NCBI GenBank assembly: GCA_964057225.1
Contig: OZ059896.1
Location: 22,196,001-22,260,000, forward strand
Source of the DNA: Auanema rhodensis
Lineage: Eukaryota > Animalia > Nematoda
Direction of reading: 5' to 3'
DNA: 64,000 nucleotides
In this document: positions 54,395 to 64,000 of the stretch, one piece after another
Position numbering within the stretch: position 1 is the stretch's first letter
Layout: the number at the start of each line of letters is the position of its first letter
The notes under the pieces: model-generated
The model's input: only the letters and a program-made list of their open reading frames with translations
Told to the model about the DNA's origin: nothing
Database searches by the model: none
Made by a program: the position numbers and the translations under genes

Positions 54395-56640
54395 AGAATT
54401 AATTTTTTCGTTAAATAACATTGTCCATCGTCTTTGCCTTGAAAAATGGAATCTAAAAACATCTACTTTTTGCTAAATTATTTTGAAATTTTTCGAAAAA
54501 ATTTTTGTCAAAATGTTTTTGGAAGCAATGTTGAGTGTACATGGAAACTCAACACACACTAATGCATCATTTTTCAAACGATCATAACTAATTTGTGTAT
54601 TAAGCGTTTCTCAATGTAGTACAGTGCATTCGATGCGGATTTTTAAGCTGCGTCGATCTGTGTTATCAGATTTGCGCTAGCTTAAAAATGCACCGAGATA
54701 TCAACTGATATAAGTTCACATTTATATCCTCGATTTTCACCCTGAAGAATTAATTTTTTCGTTGAATAACATTGTCCATCGTCTTTGCCTTAAAAAAAGG
54801 AATCTAAAAACATATACTTTTTGCTAAATTATTTTGAAATTTTTCGAAAAAATTTTTGTCAAAATGTTTTTGGAAGCAATGTTGAGTGTACATGGAAACT
54901 CAACATACACTAATGCATCATTTTTCAAACGATCATAACTAATTTTTGTATCAAACGTTTCTCAATGTAGTATAGTGCATTCGATGCGGATTTTTGAGCT
55001 GCGTCGATCTGTGTTATCAGATTTGCGCTAGCTTAAAAATGCACCGAGATATCAACTGATATAAGTTCACACTTATATCCTCGATTTTCACCCTGAAGAA
55101 TTAATTTTTTCGTTGAATAACATTGTCCATCGTCTTTGCCTTGAAAAAAGGAATCTAAAAACATCTACTTTTTCCTAAATTATTTTGAAATTTTTCGAAA
55201 AAATTTTTGTCAAAATGTTTTTGGAAGCAATGTTGAGTGTACATGGAAACTCAACATACACTAATGCATCATTTTTCAAACGATCATAACTAATTTTTGT
55301 ATTAAGCGTTTCTCAATGTAGTATAGTGCATTCGATGCGGATTTTTAAGCTGCGTCGATCTGTGTTATCAGATTTGCGCTAGCTTAGAAATGCACCGAGA
55401 TATCAACTGATATAAGTTCACACTTATATCCTCGATTTTCACCCTGAAGAATTGATTTTTTCGTTGAATAACATTGTCCATCGTCTTTGCCTTGAAAAAA
55501 GGAATCTAAAAACATCTACTTTTTCCTAAATTATTTTGAAATTTTTCGAAAAAATTTTTGTCAAAATGTTTTTGGAAGCAATGTTGAGTGTACATGGAAA
55601 CTCAACATACACTAATGCATCATTTTTCAAACGATCATAACTAAATTTTGTATCAAGCGTTTCTCAATGTAGTATAGTGCATTCGATGCGGATTTTTAAG
55701 CTGCGTCGATCTGTGTTATCAGATTTGCGCTAGCTTAAAAATGCACCGAGATATCAACTGATATAAGTTCACACTTATATCCTCGATTTTCACCCTGAAG
55801 AATTAATTTTTTCGTTGAATAACATTGTCCATCGTCTTTGCCTTGAAAAATGGAATCTAAAAACATCTACTTTTTGCTAAATTATTTTGAAATTTTTCGA
55901 AAAAATTTTTGTCAAAATGTTTTTGGAAGCAATGTTGAGTGTACATGGAAACTCAACACACACTAATGCATCATTTTTCAAACGATCATAACTAATTTGT
56001 GTATTAAGCGTTTCTCAATGTAGTACAGTGCATTCGATGCGGATTTTTAAGCTGCGTCGATCTGTGTTATCAGATTTGCGCTAGCTTAAAAATGCACCGA
56101 GATATCAACTGATATAAGTTCACATTTATATCCTCGATTTTCACCCTGAAGAATTAATTTTTTCGTTGAATAACATTGTCCATCGTCTTTGCCTTAAAAA
56201 AAGGAATCTAAAAACATATACTTTTTGCTAAATTATTTTGAAATTTTTCGAAAAAATTTTTGTCAAAATGTTTTTGGAAGCAATGTTGAGTGTACATGGA
56301 AACTCAACATACACTAATGCATCATTTTTCAAACGATCATAACTAATTTTTGTATCAAACGTTTCTCAATGTAGTATAGTGCATTCGATGCGGATTTTTG
56401 AGCTGCGTCGATCTGTGTTATCAGATTTGCGCTAGCTTAAAAATGCACCGAGATATCAACTGATATAAGTTCACACTTATATCCTCGATTTTCACCCTGA
56501 AGAATTAATTTTTTCGTTGAATAACATTGTCCATCGTCTTTGCCTTGAAAAAAGGAATCTAAAAACATCTACTTTTTCCTAAATTATTTTGAAATTTTTC
56601 GAAAAAATTTTTGTCAAAATGTTTTTGGAAGCAATGTTGA
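48428..56640 (+). repeat. Second copy of the block at 1-8213 (offset 48,427 bp = 138 monomers minus 11 bp)
   Basis: ORF pairs 343/48770, 1747/50174, 3151/51578 and 5257/53684, and rare SNVs GATCTTCAC (1745/50172) and CTTAGAAA (6960/55387), all share the same offset. Confidence 0.92.
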
Positions 56641-57202
56641 GTGTACATGGAAACTCAACATACACTAATGCATCATTTTTCAAACGATCATAACTAATTT
56701 TTGTATTAAGCGTTTCTCAATGTAGTATAGTGCATTCGATGCGGATTTTTAAGCTGCGTCGATCTGTGTTATCAGATTTGCGCTAGCTTAGAAATGCACC
56801 GAGATATCAACTGATATAAGTTCACACTTATATCCTCGATTTTCACCCTGAAGAATTGATTTTTTCGTTGAATAACATTGTCCATCGTCTTTGCCTTGAA
56901 AAAAGGAATCTAAAAACATCTACTTTTTCCTAAATTATTTTGAAATTTTTCGAAAAAATTTTTGTCAAAATGTTTTTGGAAGCAATGTTGAGTGTACATG
57001 GAAACTCAACATACACTAATGCATCATTTTTCAAACGATCATAACTAAATTTTGTATCAAGCGTTTCTCAATGTAGTATAGTGCATTCGATGCGGATTTT
57101 TAAGCTGCGTCGATCTGTGTTATCAGATTTGCGCTAGCTTAAAAATGCACCGAGATATCAACTGATATAAGTTCACACTTATATCCTCGATTTTCACCCT
57201 GA
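54395..57202 (+). repeat. Domain B 4-mer HOR, two complete units
   Basis: CAACACAC/TTTGTGT/GTACAGT/CACATTTA, CTTAGAAA, GAATTGATT and CTAAATTTT markers repeat at 1404 bp. Confidence 0.85.
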
Positions 57203-60200
57203 AGAATTAATTTTTTCGTTGAATAACACTGTCCATCGTCTTTGCCTTGAAAAATGGAATCTAAAAACATCTACTTTTTGCTAAATTATTTTGAAATTTT
57301 TCGAAAAAATTTTTGTCAAAATGTTTTTGGAAGCAATGTTGAGTGTACATGGAAACTCAACATACACTAATGCATCATTTTTCAAACGATCATAACTAAT
57401 TTTTGTATTAAGCGTTTCTCAATGTAGTATAGTGCATTTGATGCGGATTTTTAAGCTGCGTCGATCTGTGTTATCAGATTTGCGCTAGCTTAAAAATGCA
57501 CCGAGATATCAACTGATATAAGTTCACACTTATATCCTCGATTTTCACCCTGAAGAATTATTTTTTTCGTTGAATAACACTGTCCATCGTCTTTGCCTTG
57601 AAAAATGGAATCTAAAAACATCTACTTTTTGCTAAATTATTTTGAAATTTTTCGAAAAAATTTTTGTCAAAATGTTTTTGGAAGCAATGTTGAGTGTACA
57701 TGGAAACTCAACATACACTAATGCATCATTTTTCAAACGATCATAACTAATTTTTGTATTAAGCGTTTTTCAATGTAGTATAGTGCATTCGATGCGGATT
57801 TTTAAGCTGCGTCGATCTGTGTTATCAGATTTGCGCTAGCTTAAAAATGCACCGAGATATCAACTGATGTAAGTTCACACTTATATCCTCGATTTTCACC
57901 CTGAAGAATTAATTTTTTCGTTGAATAACATTGTCCATCGTCTTTGCCTAGAAAAAAGGAATCTAAAAACATCTACTTTTTGCTAAATTATTTTGAAATT
58001 TTTCGAAAAAATTTCTGTCAAAATGTTTTTGGAAGCAATGTTGAGTGTACATGGAAACTCAACATACACTAATGCATCATTTTTCAAACGATCATAACTA
58101 ATTTTTGTATCAAGCGTTTCTCAATGTAGTATAGTGCATTCGATGCGGATTTTTAAGCTGCGTCGATCTGTGTTATCAGATTTGCGCTAGCTTAAAAATG
58201 CACCGAGATATCAACTGATATAAGTTCACACTTATATCCTCGATTTTCACCCTGAAGAATTAATTTTTTCGTTGAATAACATTGTCCATCGTCTTTGCCT
58301 TGAAAAAAGGAATCTAAAAACATCTACTTTTTCCTAAATTATTTTGAAATTTTTCGAAAAAATTTTTGTCAAAATGTTTTTGGAAGCAATGTTGAGTGTA
58401 CATGGAAACTCAACATACACTAATGCATCATTTTTCAAACGATCATAACTAATTTTTGTATTAAGCGTTTCTCAATGTAGTATAGTGCATTCGATGCGGA
58501 TTTTTAAGCTGCGTCGATCTGTGTTATCAGATTTGCGCTAGCTTAAAAATGCACCGAGATATCAACTGATATAAGTTCACACTTATATCCTCGATTTTCA
58601 CCCTGAAGAATTAATTTTTTCGTTGAATAACACTGTCCATCGTCTTTGCCTTGAAAAATGGAATCTAAAAACATCTACTTTTTGCTAAATTATTTTGAAA
58701 TTTTTCGAAAAAATTTTTGTCAAAATGTTTTTGGAAGCAATGTTGAGTGTACATGGAAACTCAACATACACTAATGCATCATTTTTCAAACGATCATAAC
58801 TAATTTTTGTATTAAGCGTTTCTCAATGTAGTATAGTGCATTCGATGCGGATTTTTAAGCTGCGTCGATCTGTGTTATCAGATTTGCGCTAGCTTAAAAA
58901 TGCACCGAGATATCAACTGATATAAGTTCACACTTATATCCTCGATTTTCACCCTGAAGAATTATTTTTTTCGTTGAATAACACTGTCCATCGTCTTTGC
59001 CTTGAAAAATGGAATCTAAAAACATCTACTTTTTGCTAAATTATTTTGAAATTTTTCGAAAAAATTTTTGTCAAAATGTTTTTGGAAGCAATGTTGAGTG
59101 TACATGGAAACTCAACATACACTAATGCATCATTTTTCAAACGATCATAACTAATTTTTGTATTAAGCGTTTTTCAATGTAGTATAGTGCATTCGATGCG
59201 GATTTTTAAGCTGCGTCGATCTGTGTTATCAGATTTGCGCTAGCTTAAAAATGCACCGAGATATCAACTGATATAAGTTCACACTTATATCCTCGATTTT
59301 CACCCTGAAGAATTATTTTTTTCGTTGAATAACATTGTCCATCGTCTTTGCCTTGAATAAAGGAATCTAAAAACATCTACTTTTTGCTAAATTATTTCGA
59401 AATTTTTCGAAAAAATTTTTGTCAAAATGTTTTTGGAAGCAATGTTGAGTGTACATGGAAACTCAACATACACTAATGCATCATTTTTCAAACGATCATA
59501 ACTAATTTTTGTATCAAGCGTTTCTCAATGTAGTATAGTGCATTCGATGCGGATTTTTAAGCTGCGTCGATCTGTGTTATCAGATTTGCGCTAGCTTAAA
59601 AATGCACCGAGATATCAACTGATATAAGTTTACACTTATATCCTCGATTTTCACCCTGAAGAATTAATTTTTTCGTTAAATAACATTGTCCATCGTCTTT
59701 GCCTTGAAAAATGGAATCTAAAAACATCTACTTTTTGCTAAATTATTTTGAAATTTTTCGAAAAAATTTTTGTCAAAATGTTTTTGGAAGCAATGTTGAG
59801 TGTACATGGAAACTCAACATACACTAATGCATCATTTTTCAAACGATCATAACTAATTTTTGTATTAAGCGTTTTTCAATGTAGTAAAGTGCATTCGATG
59901 CGGATTTTTAAGCTGCGTCGATCTGTGTTATCAGATTTGCGCTAGCTTAAAAATGCACCGAGATATCAACTGATGTAAGTTCACACTTATATCCTCGATT
60001 TTCACCCTGAAGAATTAATTTTTTCGTTGAATAACATTGTCCATCGTCTTTGCCTAGAAAAAAGGAATCTAAAAACATCTACTTTTTGCTAAATTATTTT
60101 GAAATTTTTCGAAAAAATTTTTGTCAAAATGTTTTTGGAAGCAATGTTGAGTGTACATGGAAACTCAACATACACTAATGCATCATTTTTCAAACGATCA

Positions 60201-63200
60201 TAACTAATTTTTGTATCAAACGTTTCTCAATGTAGTATAGTGCATTCGATGCGGATTTTTGAGCTGCGTCGATCTGTGTTATCAGATTTGCGCTAGCTTA
60301 AAAATGCACCGAGATATCAACTGATATAAGTTCACACTTATATCCTCGATTTTCACCCTGAAGAATTAATTTTTTCGTTGAATAACATTGTCCATCGTCT
60401 TTGCCTTGAATAAAGGAATCTAAAAACATCTACTTTTTGCTAAATTATTTTGAAATTTTTCGAAAAAATTTTTGTCAAAATGTTTTTGGAAGCAATGTTG
60501 AGTGTACATGGAAACTCAACATACACTAATGCATCATTTTTCAAACGATCATAACTAATTTTTGTATTAAGCGTTTTTCAATGTAGTATAGTGCATTCGA
60601 TGCGGATTTTTAAGCTGCGTCGATCTGTGTTATCAGATTTGCGCTAGCTTAAAAATGCACCAAGATATCAACTGATATAAGTTCACACTTATATCCTCGA
60701 TTTTCACCCTAAAGAATTAATTTTTTCGTTGAATAACATTGTCCATCGTCTTTGCCTTGAATAAAGGAATCTAAAAACATCTACTTTTTGCTAAATTATT
60801 TCGAAATTTTTCGAAAAAATTTTTGTCAAAATGTTTTTGGAAGCAATGTTGAGTGTACATGGAAACTCAACATACACTAATGCATCATTTTTCAAACGAT
60901 CATAACTAATTTTTGTATTAAGCGTTTCTCAATGTAGTATAGTGCATTCGATGCGGATTTTTAAGCTGCGTCGATCTGTGTTATCAGATTTGCGTTAGCT
61001 TAAAAATGCACCGAGATATCAACTGATATAAGTTCACACTTATATCCTCGATTTTCACCCTGAAGAATTGATTTTTTCGTTGAATAACATTGTCCATCGT
61101 CTTTGCCTTGAAAAAAGGAATCTAAAAACATCTACTTTTTCCTAAATTATTTTGAAATTTTTCGAAAAAATTTTTGTCAAAATGTTTTTGGAAGCAATGT
61201 CGAGTGTACATGGAAACTCAACATACACTAATGCATCATTTTTCAAACGATCATAACTAAATTTTGTATCAAGCGTTTCTCAATGTAGTATAGTGCATTC
61301 GATGCGGATTTTTAAGCTGCGTCGATCTGTGTTATCAGATTTGCGCTAGCTTAAAAATGCACCGAGATATCAACTGATATAAGTTCACACTTATATCCTC
61401 GATTTTCACCCTGAAGAATTAATTTTTTCGTTGAATAACATTGTCCATCGTCTTTGCCTTGAATAAAGGAATCTAAAAACATCTACTTTTTGCTAAATTA
61501 TTTTGAAATTTTTCGAAAAAATTTTTGTCAAAATGTTTTTGGAAGCAATGTTGAGTGTACATGGAAACTCAACATACACTAATGCATCATTTTTCAAACG
61601 ATCATAACTAATTTTTGTATTAAGCGTTTTTCAATGTAGTATAGTGCATTCGATGCGGATTTTTAAGCTGCGTCGATCTGTGTTATCAGATTTGCGCTAG
61701 CTTAAAAATGCACCAAGATATCAACTGATATAAGTTCACACTTATATCCTCGATTTTCACCCTAAAGAATTAATTTTTTCGTTGAATAACATTGTCCATC
61801 GTCTTTGCCTTGAATAAAGGAATCTAAAAACATCTACTTTTTGCTAAATTATTTCGAAATTTTTCGAAAAAATTTTTGTCAAAATGTTTTTGGAAGCAAT
61901 GTTGAGTGTACATGGAAACTCAACATACACTAATGCATCATTTTTCAAACGATCATAACTAATTTTTGTATTAAGCGTTTCTCAATGTAGTATAGTGCAT
62001 TCGATGCGGATTTTTAAGCTGCGTCGATCTGTGTTATCAGATTTGCGCTAGCTTAAAAATGCACCGAGATATCAACTGATATAAGTTCACACTTATATCC
62101 TCGATTTTCACCCTGAAGAATTAATTTTTTCGTTGAATAACACTGTCCATCGTCTTTGCCTTGAAAAATGGAATCTAAAAACATCTACTTTTTGCTGAAT
62201 TATTTTGAAATTTTTCGAAAAAATTTTTGTCAAAATGTTTTTGGAAGCAATGTTGAGTGTACATGGAAACTCAACATACACTAATGCATCATTTTTCAAA
62301 CGATCATAACTAATTTTTGTATCAAGCGTTTCTCAATGTAGTATAGTGCATTCGATGCGGATTTTTAAGCTGCGTCGATCTGTGTTATCAGATTTGCGCT
62401 AGCTTAAAAATGCACCGAGATATCAACTGATATAAGTTCACACTTATATCCTCGATTTTCACCCTGAAGAATTAATTTTTTCGTTGAATAACACTGTCCA
62501 TCGTCTTTGCCTTGAAAAATGGAATCTAAAAACATCTACTTTTTGCTAAATTATTTTGAAATTTTTCGAAAAAATTTTTGTCAAAATGTTTTTGGAAGCA
62601 ATGTTGAGTGTACATGGAAACTCAACATACACTAATGCATCATTTTTCAAACGATCATAACTAATTTTTGTATTAAGCGTTTCTCAATGTAGTATAGTGC
62701 ATTCGATGCGGATTTTTAAGCTGCGTCGATCTGTGTTATCAGATTTGCGCTAGCTTAAAAATGCACCGAGATATCAACTGATATAAGTTCACACTTATAT
62801 CCTCGATTTTCACCCTGAAGAATTATTTTTTTCGTTGAATAACACTGTCCATCGTCTTTGCCTTGAAAAATGGAATCTAAAAACATCTACTTTTTGCTAA
62901 ATTATTTTGAAATTTTTCGAAAAAATTTTTGTCAAAATGTTTTTGGAAGCAATGTTGAGTGTACATGGAAACTCAACATACACTAATGCATCATTTTTCA
63001 AACGATCATAACTAATTTTTGTATTAAGCGTTTCTCAATGTAGTATAGTGCATTCGATGCGGATTTTTAAGCTGCGTCGATCTGTGTTATCAGATTTGCG
63101 CTAGCTTAAAAATGCACCGAGATATCAACTGATATAAGTTCACTCTTATATCCTCGATTTTCACCCTGAAGAATTAATTTTTTCGTTGAATAACATTGTC

Positions 63201-64000
63201 CATCGTCTTTGCCTTGAAAAATGGAATCTAAAAACATCTACTTTTTGCTAAATTATTTTGAAATTTTTCGAAAAAATTTTTGTCAAAATGTTTTTGGAAG
63301 CAATATTGAGTGTACATGGAAACTCAACATACACTAATGCATCATTTTTCAAACGATCATAACTAATTTTTGTATTAAGCGTTTCTTAATGTAGTATAGT
63401 GCATTCGATGCGGATTTTTAAGCTGCGTCGATCTGTGTTATCAGATTTGCGCTAGCTTGAAAATGCACCGAGATATCAACTGATATAAGTTCACACTTAT
63501 ATCCTCGATTTTCACCCTGAAGAATTATTTTTTTCGTTGAATAACACTGTCCATCGTCTTTGCCTTGAAAAATGGAATCTAAAAACATCTACTTTTTGCT
63601 AAATTATTTTGAAATTTTTCGAAAAAATTTTTGTCAAAATGTTTTTGGAAGCAATGTTGAGTGTACATGGAAACTCAACATACACTAATGCATCATTTTT
63701 CAAACGATCATAACTAATTTTTGTATTAAGCGTTTTTCAATGTAGTATAGTGCATTTGATGCGCATTTTTAAGCTGCGTCGATCTGTGTTATCAGATTTG
63801 CGCTAGCTTGAAAATGCACCGAGATATCAACTGATATAAGTTCACACTTATATCCTCGATTTTCACCCTGAAGAATTAATTTTTTCGTTGAATAACATTG
63901 TCCATCGTCTTTGCCTTGAAAATGGAATCTAAAAACATCTACTTTTTGCTAAATTATTTTGAAATTTTCCGAAAAAAGTTTTGTCAAAATGTTTTTGGAA
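57203..64000 (+). repeat. Variant domain F, with a 3-monomer duplication
   Basis: Markers AACACTGTCC, GAATTATTTT, GCGTTTTTCAA, GAATAAAGG, ATTTCGAA. CACCAAG and CCCTAAAG repeat at offset 1053 (60662/61715). Confidence 0.85.

Larger units (their letters stand above)
1..64000 (+). repeat. Tandem satellite DNA array, 351-bp monomer, ~182.4 copies, all in the same orientation
   Basis: AGAATTAATTTTTTCGTTG recurs at 1, 352, 703 and onward to 63872. ORF-track spacings are exact multiples of 351 (702, 1404, 2106, 3861, 8424, 15795), except 5257->27008 = 62x351-11, which matches 11 single-base deletions I located. Monomers differ by only a few SNVs, and both window ends fall inside the array. Confidence 0.99.

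Noticed and set aside
343-62299. Thirteen near-identical 63-aa minus-strand ORFs (MKNDALVY...)
   Set aside because: They start at TTG, not ATG, and exist only where the SNV GCTAAA->GCTGAA turns TAG into CAG; the large majority of monomers keep the stop. Two more GCTG monomers (~35.5 and ~37.3 kb) lose the TTG. The F/K/I/N-rich composition simply mirrors the A/T tracts, and I recognise no domain.
1-64000. CRISPR array
   Set aside because: The palindromic segments are separated by constant sequence, not unique spacers; the period is 351 bp and there are no cas genes.
1-64000. Technical concatemer (rolling-circle amplification or sequencing artefact)
   Set aside because: Variants are linked, inherited and hierarchically arranged in domains and HORs, which random errors on a single template would not produce. 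Local copy-number misassembly cannot be excluded.

Overview
The whole 64 kb window is one uninterrupted, head-to-tail tandem array of an AT-rich 351-bp monomer: 182 complete copies plus a partial 183rd starting at 63872. Monomer 1 is about 32% GC by hand count (111/351). I found no gene, RNA gene, transposon insertion, inversion or CRISPR spacer. It reads as eukaryotic satellite DNA, possibly centromeric or pericentromeric; I cannot identify the organism or family. The 13 listed 63-aa ORFs are by-products of one SNV that removes a stop codon. Two kinds of structure stand out. First, each monomer is packed with inverted repeats, including a ~67-nt hairpin with an 11-bp perfect stem. Second, the SNVs are arranged hierarchically: variant-defined domains, local 3-, 4-, 5-, 6- and 8-monomer higher-order repeats (HORs), chimeric monomers, and an ~8 kb block that recurs 48,427 bp (138 monomers) downstream. 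All counts are by eye and need confirming by alignment. I cannot support a claim of a new protein-based system here.
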